This document shows, piece by piece, positions 40,983 to 50,961 of a stretch of 64,000 nt of DNA. The notes below the pieces were generated by a model. That model was not told the DNA's origin, did not search any database, and was given only the letters and a program-made list of their open reading frames with translations. The stretch spans positions 864,001-928,000 of the forward strand of contig CAVQNT010000002.1 of NCBI GenBank assembly GCA_963714275.1, written 5' to 3'. The stretch's first letter is position 1. The number at the start of each line of letters is the position of its first letter. The translations under genes were made by a program, and so were the position numbers. Source of the stretch: Candidatus Bathyarchaeota archaeon (GTDB lineage Archaea > Thermoproteota > Bathyarchaeia > Bathyarchaeales > DTEX01).

Positions 40983-42131
40983 GTGAAGTTTTTGAAGATT
41001 ACAGACGTCGAAATTTTCGCTACCAAAATTGACCTTGGAAAATTGGGCTGGCACCCAGTCATAATTCGAATCAACACTGACGCAGGGATTTACGGCGCCG
41101 GAGAAATTGGGCTTGCCTACGGCGTGGGAATGCTGCGTAACTTGGCGGAAAACTTCCTGATAGGAGCTGACCCGTCTCGAATCGAGCACCTGTGGGACAC
41201 TATGTACACGAAAACTTTTTGGGCACAAGGAGGCGGACCCGTCGTCTTCGGCGGCATGAGCGCAATAGACGAAGCCCTTTGGGACATCAAGGGCAAGGCG
41301 CTAGGTCTTCCCGTTTACGAGCTGCTTGGCGGTCGCTGCTGGGACAAGCTGAGGCTGTATGCGAACGGCTGGTACGGAGGCCTTGTGACTCCGGACGAGT
41401 TCGCGGAAAAAGCTAAAAGTATCGTGGCCGATGGCTACACAGCCTTGAAGTTTGATCCCTTCGGAGCTGTAACTGAAGGCGTTTGGAGCTTTCCGAAACA
41501 TGCGCTTGAACGGGAAAGGGCGGACATGGCTTTTGAACGGGTGAAGGCAGTTCGAGAAGCGGTTGGTTCAAACGTTGACGTTTTGGTTGAGGTGCACGGA
41601 AACTTGGGCACCACCTCTGCTATTCAGATTGGTAAACGGCTTGAGGAGCTCGATCCCTTCTTTTACGAGGAGCCAGTTGACGCGCTTAACATGGAAGCCA
41701 TGAAGAAAGTGGCGCAGAATGTCAACATACCGATCGCTGCTGGAGAGCGCCTGTACACGCGGTACGGGTTCCGACCGTACATTGAGGACCAAGTGCTCGA
41801 TATAATCAAGCCCGACCTCGGACTCGCGGGAGGAATAACAGAAGTCAAGAAGATCGCCAGCTACGCTGAAACCTACAGCATCCACGTGCAACCCCACAAC
41901 TGCGGCTCACCCATCGGCACAGCAGCTGCAGTTCAACTTGACGCGTGCATACCCAACTTCATAATACAGGAATGGTTCCCATACATGCCTAAGACGCACT
42001 ATGAACTCGTAAAGAAAGACCTGGAACATCAAGCTGTCAACAGCTATTTGGAGGTGCCGCGGACTTCTGGATTGGGGATCGAACTAAACGACGAAGCCCT
42101 GTCCCAATACGAATGCGTCCGTGTTAGCTAA
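40983..42131 (+). CDS. Mandelate racemase/enolase superfamily acid-sugar dehydratase (galactonate dehydratase-like)
   Basis: SAIDEALWDIKGK, YANGW, KFDP, EVHG, EEP, GER, PHN. Confidence 0.88.
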   Translation: MKFLKITDVEIFATKIDLGKLGWHPVIIRINTDAGIYGAGEIGLAYGVGMLRNLAENFLIGADPSRIEHLWDTMYTKTFWAQGGGPVVFGGMSAIDEALWDIKGKALGLPVYELLGGRCWDKLRLYANGWYGGLVTPDEFAEKAKSIVADGYTALKFDPFGAVTEGVWSFPKHALERERADMAFERVKAVREAVGSNVDVLVEVHGNLGTTSAIQIGKRLEELDPFFYEEPVDALNMEAMKKVAQNVNIPIAAGERLYTRYGFRPYIEDQVLDIIKPDLGLAGGITEVKKIASYAETYSIHVQPHNCGSPIGTAAAVQLDACIPNFIIQEWFPYMPKTHYELVKKDLEHQAVNSYLEVPRTSGLGIELNDEALSQYECVRVS

Positions 42132-42198
42132 AGAAGACACCATTCACAGTATATTCACATAAGACGAAAAACAAAGAAAAATTACGCATCATAATTGT

Positions 42199-42319
42199 TG
42201 GTGGGCCGGGCCGGACTTGAACCGGCGGCCTCAGCCTTTCCTAACCCTCGTTATTGCGGGTTTGTAAGGGCTGCTTCAGGTCCTTGCGGGATATCCTAAC
42301 CATGCTAGACGACCGGCCC
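42199..42319 (-). tRNA. tRNA-Val(TAC) with two introns: 25/26 (42275-42292) and 37/38 (42238-42262)
   Basis: Acceptor GGGCCGG/CCGGCCC. BHB1 has central TAGG/CCTG with TCC/GGA; BHB2 has central CTTA/TAGG with ACCC/GGGT. Spliced anticodon arm CAGCC-CT-TAC-AA-GGCTG. CCA encoded. Confidence 0.92.
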
Positions 42320-42426
42320 TCTGTGCGGTTAGGACAGTCTGTCTTATAATTTGCTGTTCGTGTTATTTACCATAGCACAACAGGTTCAAATATTTTACCA
42401 CTTTCGATAATACGATAAGGGGTATT

Positions 42427-43209
42427 TTACTTCACATTATAGGCTTTCTTGTAATATTCGTCAAGAATTTGTGGTACTTTGGTCTCGTTCTTTATGGTTT
42501 TTATTGCGTCCGCCAAAAATTCAACTATTTTATCAACAAGTATTTTGCCTTTCGCTTTTGTCGCATACCTCGGGTCGCCAACGTAAAGTTCAACTGCGTA
42601 AGCTTGCCAGTCGAACGGAGTTTCTATTCCTTTAGGCAATCCTGTGCTTCCGAGCTTGGCTTCTCTTTTGATGTTCCCCATTTTTATGTGGTCCCCGAAA
42701 AGGTGAAGCCCAATGCTTGTTTCTATTTCGCAGGCGTGACCGAAAGTTCTTCCTTCGCTTAGCTTGGCAGCTAATTCGTTGATGGGAGCCCAAGGTTCAA
42801 TCATGGCATATAATACGTAATCCTTTTTCTTGGTCAAACTGTCTCTCATAAAGATCCTGAGCAATGCGTTGTTTCCACCGTGACCGTTAACTATCAAAAT
42901 TTTCTTGAAACCGTTTCTCGCTGCTTCATCGCACACCTCCTCTAAAAGAGTAAGCAAGGTCTTGGCTGAAAGCGAAACCGTCCCCGAAAAATGCCTGCTC
43001 TCCGGAACATAAGCATAATACAGTGGAGGCAAAACCACCGCCTCCTCCTTTTCAGCTGCTATTCTCGCAATTTCGTGCGCAGTTATCGAGTCTGTCCCCG
43101 TCGGCATGTGCGGACCGTGAACCTCAATGGAGCCTATTGGCAGAACCGCGACAAGACCATTTTCAGTAGCTTTCTTCACGTCTGGACTGGTCATGTGCTC
43201 AAGCAACAA
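42427..43209 (-). CDS. Creatininase/creatinine amidohydrolase family protein
   Basis: PIGSIEVHGPH.P.GTD, NGHGGN, HACEIETS. Confidence 0.9.
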   Translation of the reverse strand: MLLEHMTSPDVKKATENGLVAVLPIGSIEVHGPHMPTGTDSITAHEIARIAAEKEEAVVLPPLYYAYVPESRHFSGTVSLSAKTLLTLLEEVCDEAARNGFKKILIVNGHGGNNALLRIFMRDSLTKKKDYVLYAMIEPWAPINELAAKLSEGRTFGHACEIETSIGLHLFGDHIKMGNIKREAKLGSTGLPKGIETPFDWQAYAVELYVGDPRYATKAKGKILVDKIVEFLADAIKTIKNETKVPQILDEYYKKAYNVK

Positions 43210-43298
43210 TCAACATTCACCTACCAAAATCAGTGTCTACGTAAAACTATTTACAGTTATGCATAAGCAGCGGGATAAAATCTTAGATAACCCGCTGG

Positions 43299-44468
43299 CT
43301 ATTTCTGGAAATGACTTGACACCTTTTCCAGAGCCTCAATGATTTTTTTAAGGTCTTCATCGCCGAGGTTTGGGTGAACCGGGACAGAAAAAACCTTTTT
43401 CGATAAATCCCCCGCGACTGGACACTTAACTCTTGAGCCGTACCTTTTAAGGGCAGGTTGTTTTGACAGCGGAATCGGATAGTATACCATGCAGCCAATG
43501 TTCTCTGCCTTCAGGGCGTTCACGAACGTGTCTCTTGTGCACTTGTACTGGTTAAGGTTCATGATGACCGTGTAGTAGCTGTACGAGTGGTCCACGCCTT
43601 TTCCCGGTTTCTGGGGTTTTAACCCGCGGATTCGGCATAAACCTTTAGCGAGAGCCTTTGCGTTACGCTTTCTTTTTGCCAAGAACTCGTCGTACAACTT
43701 GAGCTGGTTGAGCCCGATGGCTGCAGCGATATCCGTTAATCTGTAATTAAGTCCTAATGTTACGGAGAGGTATCTTGTCTGCTGCCCGTGGTTTCGGAAC
43801 AACAATCCTTTCTCGTAAAGTTTTTTGGAGTTGGTTGTGACCAGTCCGCCTTCACTGGTCGTCAATGTCTTTGTTGGGTAAAAACTGTAACAATTTAGGT
43901 CGTCATAAGATCCCACGTCTTTTCCGTTGACCTTAGTTCCGTGAGCTTGGGCTGCATCGTTGACCAAGTAGAGGCCGTGTTCATCAGCGATTTCGCCTAA
44001 AGCCTTCATGTCCGCAGCGTTCCCAAACAGGTGCACGGGCGCAATGGCTTTGGTTTTGGAAGTGATTTTTTCCTTAACGTCCTCAAGGTCAATCGTCAAG
44101 GTTTCCCCGTCTATGTCGGCAAAAACTGGTTTCCCGCGGGCGAACACGACGGTGCTGGCTGTGGCTATGAAGGTGAAATCTGGAACAATAACCTCGTCCC
44201 CCGGCTTCAATATTGAAGCATAAGCAGCGTGTAAAGCGGCTGTCCCGGAACTAACAGCATAAGCGTATTCTGCTCCAACTCTTTTTTTGAATTCTTCCTC
44301 GAACTGTGTGGTTTTCGAGCCTTGTATGATGCAGCCCGACTTAAGTACTTCTGAGATATCGCGAATTGTCTTTTCTGGAAAAATCGGTTTAGCTATCGGA
44401 ATCTCCTTTTCGGAAACGGGTTTTCCGCCATTAATTGCCAGTTTTTCCATGCTTTCATCCTTTTCCAT
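43299..44468 (-). CDS. DegT/DnrJ/EryC1/StrS sugar aminotransferase
   Basis: SSGTAALH, DAAQAHG, SFYPTK (PLP Lys), EGG. Confidence 0.92.
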   Translation of the reverse strand: MEKDESMEKLAINGGKPVSEKEIPIAKPIFPEKTIRDISEVLKSGCIIQGSKTTQFEEEFKKRVGAEYAYAVSSGTAALHAAYASILKPGDEVIVPDFTFIATASTVVFARGKPVFADIDGETLTIDLEDVKEKITSKTKAIAPVHLFGNAADMKALGEIADEHGLYLVNDAAQAHGTKVNGKDVGSYDDLNCYSFYPTKTLTTSEGGLVTTNSKKLYEKGLLFRNHGQQTRYLSVTLGLNYRLTDIAAAIGLNQLKLYDEFLAKRKRNAKALAKGLCRIRGLKPQKPGKGVDHSYSYYTVIMNLNQYKCTRDTFVNALKAENIGCMVYYPIPLSKQPALKRYGSRVKCPVAGDLSKKVFSVPVHPNLGDEDLKKIIEALEKVSSHFQK

Positions 44469-44474
44469 TAGTAA

Positions 44475-45476
44475 TTACCGCCTTACTTTCCAAGGGGTTG
44501 GACCTAAAACCTCCTCGGTTGCCAGCGGTTTCCAAAATGACTCGTTCTTGACATACCAATTAACTGTTTCATTTAAGGCTGAATAAAAGGTATGCTGAGG
44601 CTTCCATCCCAATTCTGTGTGGATTTTTGATGAGCTGAGGCTGTATCTTAGGTCGTGGCCGGGTCTGTCCTCAACGAAGGTTACGAGGCTTTCTTTTTTC
44701 CTCAACATTCCAAGAATTTGCTTGACTAGCTCAATGTTCGAAACCTCGTTTCCTGAAGAAACGTTGTAAATTTCGCCCGGTTTACCTTTATCCAGAACGC
44801 GGAAGACCGCTTCACAATGGTCCAGCACGTAAATCCAGTCTCTGACGTTTGCCCCTTTGCCATAAACAGGCACCTGAAGGTTTCTGTATGCACGGATAAT
44901 GGTCTTCGGTATCAGCTTCTCTGGAAACTGGTATGGACCAAAATTGTTGGTGCACCGCGTTATTTTCACGTTTAAACCATAAGTTCTGTGATATGCCAAA
45001 CACAGCATATCCGCAGCGGCTTTCGTCGCGGAATACGGGTTTGAGGGAGTAAGCCTATCCGTTTCGGTATAGGAGCCTTCAACAGCGTCGCCGTAAACCT
45101 CGTCCGTGGAAACCTGAACGTAAACAGCGGAATCGTTGTTTTTTCGGATGGCTTCCAGCAACGTAAACACGCCCATGATGTTGCTTTTTATGAAAGGCGA
45201 CGGGTCCGCTATGCTTCGGTCAACATGGGTTTCAGCTGCGAAGTTTACGATGGCGTCTGCATCCTCGACGTGTTTATTGATAAACCTGGGATTTGAGATG
45301 TCTCCTTTAACGAAAACGTAATTCGCCGTTTGTTGCAGGTCTTTAAGGTTTTCGGGGTTTGAGCCTAAACCGAGCTTGTCGATGTTGGTGACCGCAATTT
45401 CGGGGTGTTCCCTAACTGTCTGCCTCACGAAATTGGCTCCGATAAAGCCTAAGCCGCCAGTTACTAGAAGACGCAG
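44475..45476 (-). CDS. rfbB: dTDP-glucose 4,6-dehydratase (start codon uncertain)
   Basis: TGGLGFIG, AAETHVDRS, STDEVYG, YSATK, DRPGHD.RY. Confidence 0.92.
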   Translation of the reverse strand: MRLLVTGGLGFIGANFVRQTVREHPEIAVTNIDKLGLGSNPENLKDLQQTANYVFVKGDISNPRFINKHVEDADAIVNFAAETHVDRSIADPSPFIKSNIMGVFTLLEAIRKNNDSAVYVQVSTDEVYGDAVEGSYTETDRLTPSNPYSATKAAADMLCLAYHRTYGLNVKITRCTNNFGPYQFPEKLIPKTIIRAYRNLQVPVYGKGANVRDWIYVLDHCEAVFRVLDKGKPGEIYNVSSGNEVSNIELVKQILGMLRKKESLVTFVEDRPGHDLRYSLSSSKIHTELGWKPQHTFYSALNETVNWYVKNESFWKPLATEEVLGPTPWKVRR

Positions 45477-45490
45477 CTTTCTTTGTCCTC

Positions 45491-46852
45491 CTACGTGTGT
45501 TTGTTGATGAATTCCTTCATTATGTTTATCATGTAAGCAAGTTTCTCTTCTGTCAACCCTGGATAGACGCCGAGGAAAAATGAATCGTGCAAGATATGGT
45601 CGCTGTTCGAAAGTTTCTCTGCGACACGGCACTTAACGTTTTTGTACGCAGGATGACTAAGAATGTTTCCTGCGAAAAGCACCTTTACCTCAATGTTGTG
45701 TTTGGTAAACCATTGGGTAACATCCCTTCTCTTGAACGGTGCTTTTTCTGTGATTGTTAACGGAAAGGCAAACCAGCAGGGCTCGCTTTTAGGAAGAGAC
45801 TTCGGCAAAACAAAGAAGTCTTCGAAATTTTGAAACTCGTCAAACAAATACTTGAAATTTTTTTTCCTCGCCTCAATGAATCCTGTGAGCTTTTTGAGCT
45901 GAGCTAAGCCCATTGCTGCCTGGATTTCTGTGGGTTGAAGGTTAAAACCGATTTCCGTGTAGCTATACCGTTTATCGTAGTCTTCGGGCAGAATTGAATC
46001 GACCTGTCTTTCGTATCGGGCGGATTTGGGGCAGCCTTTGTCGGGGCAATGTTGAGGGTTGCAGATTGGTATTACGCACGTTCTTCCCCAATCCCGTAAG
46101 GAAAGTATTATTTCGGCAAGTTTTTCGTCGTTTGTTACGATGGTTCCTCCTTCTCCCGTCGTAATCTGGTGAGCAGGATAGAAGCTGAACGTGCCGAGAC
46201 TGCCGAATCCTCCAACGAGTTTTCCGTCGTACCTTGAACCTAAAGCGTCGCAGGCGTCTTCGATAAGGAACAGGTCATGTTCCTTGGCGAAATCAACTAT
46301 GTAATCCATGTCATTGGGATTGCCTAAAACGTGTGGCAAAAAAATCGCTTTTGTCTTTTTCGACAAAGCAGAGCATAGACTTTCAGTGTGAACATTGTAT
46401 GTACCAATTTCCGCGTCCAGCAGAACTGGAACCAGACCGTTCTGAATTATGGGGTTGATGGTTGTTGGGAATGTCGAGGCTGGCGTTATCACCTCGTCGC
46501 CTTTCTTAAGTCTATCATCGTCGCTGAGCCTGCTAGATGTTAGAGCTGAAGCAGCCAACAAGTTTGCTGAGGAACCAGAATTCGTCATCACCGCCTTTGT
46601 TACAGCGAGAAACCTTGCGAACTCCGATTCAAACCTTTTCGAATATTTGCCGACGCCGAACCATCCGTCAAGAATGGCGTTGAACATGCTCTCGATTTCT
46701 TCATGGTCGTACACGGCTTCGGCGTACCGCACCAAATCCCTGCCTGGCGTGAAGGTTTTTCCTGAGGAACGAGCCCGAAGAATGCGTCTTACGGTTTCGA
46801 AGATTTCGTCACGTAAAGGGGCTTCTTCATCCTTCATTTCCGTCTTCCTCAA
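45491..46852 (-). CDS. rfbH: NDP-4-keto-6-deoxyglucose 3-dehydrase (E1, RfbH/AscC/SpnQ type)
   Basis: NSGSSANL, SFYPAHQITTGEGG (His replaces the PLP Lys), Cys-rich Fe-S segment after RDWGR. Confidence 0.88.
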   Translation of the reverse strand: MRKTEMKDEEAPLRDEIFETVRRILRARSSGKTFTPGRDLVRYAEAVYDHEEIESMFNAILDGWFGVGKYSKRFESEFARFLAVTKAVMTNSGSSANLLAASALTSSRLSDDDRLKKGDEVITPASTFPTTINPIIQNGLVPVLLDAEIGTYNVHTESLCSALSKKTKAIFLPHVLGNPNDMDYIVDFAKEHDLFLIEDACDALGSRYDGKLVGGFGSLGTFSFYPAHQITTGEGGTIVTNDEKLAEIILSLRDWGRTCVIPICNPQHCPDKGCPKSARYERQVDSILPEDYDKRYSYTEIGFNLQPTEIQAAMGLAQLKKLTGFIEARKKNFKYLFDEFQNFEDFFVLPKSLPKSEPCWFAFPLTITEKAPFKRRDVTQWFTKHNIEVKVLFAGNILSHPAYKNVKCRVAEKLSNSDHILHDSFFLGVYPGLTEEKLAYMINIMKEFINKHT

Positions 46853-47715
46853 CCTTTTATTTCTTTAAGCCATTCTATGGTTTCCTTCAAGCCTTTTTCC
46901 AGCGGGATCTCAGCTTCCCAGCTCATCAGCCTTTTAGCCTTTTCGTAAGAGCCGACCTGAGCCTTGATTCCTCCAAAAGCTTTGGGGTAATCGACAAACC
47001 TTATTTCTGACTTGCTTCCAGAAAGTTTTTTGACCATTTTGGCAACATCCAAATTGGTCGCGGCTTTTCCTGTGGCAAGATTAATGGCTTCTCCAGCTGG
47101 AAGGATTCTAGCCAACCATAATCCTTTCACTATGTCCTTCGCGTAGACGTAGTCTCGAGTGTCTAAGCCATCCCCGAAAACTGTGATCGGCTTATTCTTT
47201 ATAGCTTGGAAGTAAAAGGTCGGCATAATCTTGTTCAGTTGCTGATGTGGGCCATACGGGTTAAACAACCTAACAATCTTCACGTCCAGCCCATAACATT
47301 TGTAATACGTGTAACAGAACCTGTCAACTGCTGCCTTGGAAGCTGCGTATGGATTGGTTGGGTTGAAGGGAAAATCCTCAGTTATCGGAATACGCGAATC
47401 ACCATATACCTCACAGCTGCTAGGATAAACCAGCGGAATCCCGAGTTCCCGGCAAACCTCCAAAACATTCAGCGAGCCCTTAAGATTAACATCGATTGTA
47501 TGAACTGGGTTTAGGACGCTTTCAGCTGGTCTAGCCTCCGCTGCAAAGTGGTAGACAAGATCGCATTTCTTAACCTCGCTGCGAAGCTGGTCTTTGTTAA
47601 AAATGTCACCACCTTTTTTACGGGAAAAACCCAGTATTTCAACATTCTCTTCATGAAGAAGGTTTTTCATGTTGGTTCCGATGAAACCCGTGTCTCCAGT
47701 TAACAGCACTATCAA
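46849..47715 (-). CDS. NAD-dependent epimerase/dehydratase/reductase (extended SDR)
   Basis: TGDTGFIG, SSCEVYG, YAASK, FNPYGP. Confidence 0.85.
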   Translation of the reverse strand: MIVLLTGDTGFIGTNMKNLLHEENVEILGFSRKKGGDIFNKDQLRSEVKKCDLVYHFAAEARPAESVLNPVHTIDVNLKGSLNVLEVCRELGIPLVYPSSCEVYGDSRIPITEDFPFNPTNPYAASKAAVDRFCYTYYKCYGLDVKIVRLFNPYGPHQQLNKIMPTFYFQAIKNKPITVFGDGLDTRDYVYAKDIVKGLWLARILPAGEAINLATGKAATNLDVAKMVKKLSGSKSEIRFVDYPKAFGGIKAQVGSYEKAKRLMSWEAEIPLEKGLKETIEWLKEIKG

Positions 47716-47731
47716 ACTTTTGTCACTTACC

Positions 47732-48805
47732 TTACAAAGCCACTTGCGAAGACTCGCCGAGGATGAATTTTCTTCCGCTGGGCTTAGATTCAGCGTTCGA
47801 AACAATCTTGGTGTTTGGACCAATTATACTGTCAGTAATCCGCTCTTTCACATCTAACAGGCAGCCGTCCATCACTATGCTATTAATTATCTCGCCTCGT
47901 TTTATGACCACATTATTGCCGATGCTCGTGTAGGGACCGATGTAGACGTCTGCTCCAACCGTTGAATTTTGCCCCACAACCGCGGGACCCATAATTAAAG
48001 CACCAGCCTTCACAAGTGAGCCTTGTCCTGTTGAGACCCGACCTTGAATTGAGGATTGAGATTCAACGGTGCCCTTTGTTTCCGGGGTCAGGTCGTCTAG
48101 CACCAAGCGGTTTGCTTCAAGAATGTCCTCAGGAGAACCCGTGTCCTTCCACCAGCCTGACACAACATAATGACCAACGTTGTATCCGCCCTCAACCAAG
48201 AGGTGAATAGCTTCTGTTATCTCGAGCTCGCCTCGCCAAGAAGGCTTCAACTTTTTAATCATGCTAAAGATGACGTGTCTGAAAAAGTATATGCCAGTTA
48301 ATGCGTACTGACTCGGAGGAACCTTCGGTTTTTCGACCAGACCTATCAATTTTCCGTCTTCGTCGAATTTTGCTACTCCGAAAAGCTGGGGGTTCTTAAC
48401 AGGACACAACAGTATCGTGGCGTCGTTATCTGAGGCTCTGAATTCGTCTGCGTATTTTTTTATTCCTCCCTTCAGCAGGTTGTCTCCAAGATACACCACG
48501 AAATCTTCTTTTTTTACGAATTCTTCACAAAGGTTAACGGCGTGAGCTATGCCTTTAGGGTTGCCCTGATGAATGTACGTTAGGTTGACCCCAAACTTGT
48601 CGCCATCGCTGTAATATTCTTTAACCTTCTCGGGGTAAATGTCTCCCAAAATTATGGCGACGTCTTTAATGCCTGAATCTCGCAGATCCTCAAGAACATA
48701 CTGCGAAATGGGCTTGTTGGCAATGGGGATCAGCTGCTTCGGACCTGTGTGGGTAAGCGGACGAAGCCTTGTGCCGTGACCTCCATGAAGAATTACGCCC
48801 TTCAA
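47732..48805 (-). CDS. rfbA: Glucose-1-phosphate thymidylyltransferase, long form
   Basis: GGHGTRLRPLT..PKQL, YLGDN, EKP, RGELEIT, WWKDTG, hexapeptide repeats. Confidence 0.9.
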   Translation of the reverse strand: MKGVILHGGHGTRLRPLTHTGPKQLIPIANKPISQYVLEDLRDSGIKDVAIILGDIYPEKVKEYYSDGDKFGVNLTYIHQGNPKGIAHAVNLCEEFVKKEDFVVYLGDNLLKGGIKKYADEFRASDNDATILLCPVKNPQLFGVAKFDEDGKLIGLVEKPKVPPSQYALTGIYFFRHVIFSMIKKLKPSWRGELEITEAIHLLVEGGYNVGHYVVSGWWKDTGSPEDILEANRLVLDDLTPETKGTVESQSSIQGRVSTGQGSLVKAGALIMGPAVVGQNSTVGADVYIGPYTSIGNNVVIKRGEIINSIVMDGCLLDVKERITDSIIGPNTKIVSNAESKPSGRKFILGESSQVAL

Positions 48806-48997
48806 GATTGAAGCACAACCCATACGGTTTAACTAGTGAGTATCATCTCAGAAACAATTAAGCTTATTCATCTTTCAGAAAATTTTCTAGAATATGGTGG
48901 TCTTCCGCTGATCGGTGGTGAAATCTATTAATCCAAGATTTGTTTAGCAGGCGGACCTCAACGGTGTGCCGTCAAGAAGACCAATCTGTTTAGGAAA

Positions 48998-49386
48998 CTA
49001 AATTACCTTGGTGAAAGTGTCCTTTATCTCAGCCAGCTCGTCCTCAGTAGCCTTGAGCCCTAACTCAAATGCTTGTTTATTTTCATCGTAGGTTTCTTGC
49101 TTTATCTCTTTGGCAATGTTACGCATTTCCAGAGTCGCGAGGAACAATTTGAGAAGCTCTGCTTGGTTTTCGAGCTCGTCACTCTTTCAGTCATTTTTTG
49201 CATGAGCGACTTTTGATGAGACTCTAAGTCAGCTATATTTTCGTTCAAGCCGCCTACAAGGTGCTCGTAAGTAGGCTGCGACATTCTGTTTTTTGCCAAC
49301 AACTCGTCGAGGGCTTGTTTCTTTCTGTTAGCCAATTCAAGCTCTGAATGGACCACTTCAAACGTATTCTTCCATGAACTCAACAT
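48998..49386 (-). CDS. CdvA-like coiled-coil protein without PRC barrel, 2 apparent frameshifts
   Basis: RKKQALDELL...MSQPTYE.L and LEMRNIAKEIKQETYDE..AFELGL..TEDEL resemble the CdvA coiled-coil repeats. Confidence 0.65.
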
Positions 49387-49451
49387 AAACACCTTCTAAT
49401 CACATTGGGTACAACCATATTTTTGTCAGAATCACCATATAATATTTAACA

Positions 49452-50961
49452 TTAAGTCTCATATGCGACGGTTGGCCTACCAGTTCCCTCCGAAGTCAAG
49501 GATGTTACAATAACATATGGAACGCGTTGCTTAATGTAATTGACGATGTGTTTTAACCTCGCTGGGTCATAACTCAATGTCAGCTCGTCAAGAATAAAGA
49601 AGGGAAAGTCGGGCAAAAAAGTTTCCTTAGCAGCCAGCATCAGAATCAGGCTCACAGTAAGTTTCTCAGACGCACTAAGGGTCTCGATAGGTTGGCGGAC
49701 ACCGTTTTCACGCACAACATGCAGACCGAAGTTCTGGTCGAGGAAGACGTTTTCGAACCCTTTAAGCTCAAGTTCCCGGAACGCTCTGTTGACGTTTCGG
49801 TTAAACCGAAGCTTCGCAGAGGTCATGCGCCTCATGTATTTTTCTTGAAAGTACTCGATGACCCTGTTTAGCCATTCAATCTTCCGCATTGCCTCTTTTC
49901 GAACTTCGACAACTAAACGACCACCATATTTCGGGTCGTCTTCAGGGAACTTTTCAGCCTGCTGAATCGCCTCTTCCTTAAGGATTACTGCCTTGTTTAA
50001 GCGCTGGAGCTCCATCTCCAAAGTGTATAGTCCTTTGATTTTTTCTGAGATCTTATCCTGATATTGCCTTTCTATTTTTTCCGACTCGGCTTTTAGGTCA
50101 GCAAGTCGTCCGGATTCTTTTAAAATTTCTCTTTGAGTTTTTTCCTGTTTTCTTTTTGAGTCAGTAATACTGTTTTTTATTTGGGCAGCCACCTTAGCGG
50201 AGTCGTCAGTCAGGCTCAAGAAAACTTTTCAGCTGCTGCTCCTTTTCTTTTTCATTGTTTAGCTCTTTTCTGAGCTCAGACAATGTTGCCTCCTCTCTTA
50301 CGAGTCGAGCTTTTTTATCTTCCTTTCTCTTCGCTGCGTCTTGAACCTCATTTTCATGACTGGACCTGAGACTCGCAATTTTGGCTTCCGCCTGTTCACG
50401 CCTCAAATACAGGTTCGTCAGTTCGGTGACCAAAAGTGGAAGAGATTCAAATCTTTCGAAGCTTTGGCTGGCCAGTTCTCTGCTCATTTCGTTCACGAGT
50501 TCTTGAGCTACCGAGGAAACGGTGCTGTAGTATTTGCCATAAGAAAGATTTTCTAAATACTCTCTGAATATTGCTCCGCCACCAGTAATTTTGTGCACGA
50601 CTCCAGTTTCAGCCATAGCCACACATGCATCGAAGGCTCTGTGGTCTGCGAACGGCATCATAGGTCCTGATGCGACAACAGATCCTGAAGGGGTTCTTCT
50701 AAGCGTTTTCACGTATGACTTGCCACCGTATTGGACGGCGATTCTTCCTTGAACCTCGTCCAAGGCAAGGATGTGGGCTGGGGGAACTTGGTCAGAAAAC
50801 ATCGAGGTGAAGCCACGTATAAGGCTAGTTTTCCCCGAGGCATTTGGAGCCCTTATAATGTTAATTCCAGGCTTTATTTCAAGCTGGATTTGTTTCAGCG
50901 GACCTATGTTTTTAAGCTCCAGAACCAGCCTCTGCCGAGTATCTCGTTGCATACTTTTCAA
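49452..50961 (-). CDS. Archaeal SMC-related ATPase (ClsN/Sph-like), about 500 aa, 1 apparent frameshift at 50212
   Basis: NIGPL, Walker A APNASGKTS, about 250 aa coiled coil, signature LSASEK, Walker B FFILDE; no CxxC hook or hinge seen. Confidence 0.8.

Noticed and set aside
45897-45905. AGCTGAGCT and AGTSAGCT matches inside coding regions (also 20384 and 49227)
   Set aside because: They are in frame and explained by ordinary codons (LAQL, LAHS, IADL), so they were not counted as junction motifs.
2332-47857. Numerous 60-180 aa ORFs antisense to or overlapping recognised genes
   Set aside because: They are shadow ORFs with no recognisable motifs, opposite well-supported genes.
49452-50961. 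Rad50 or canonical Smc
   Set aside because: Too short, no CxxC hook or hinge, signature LSASE rather than LSGG, and no mre11/herA/nurA or scpAB nearby.
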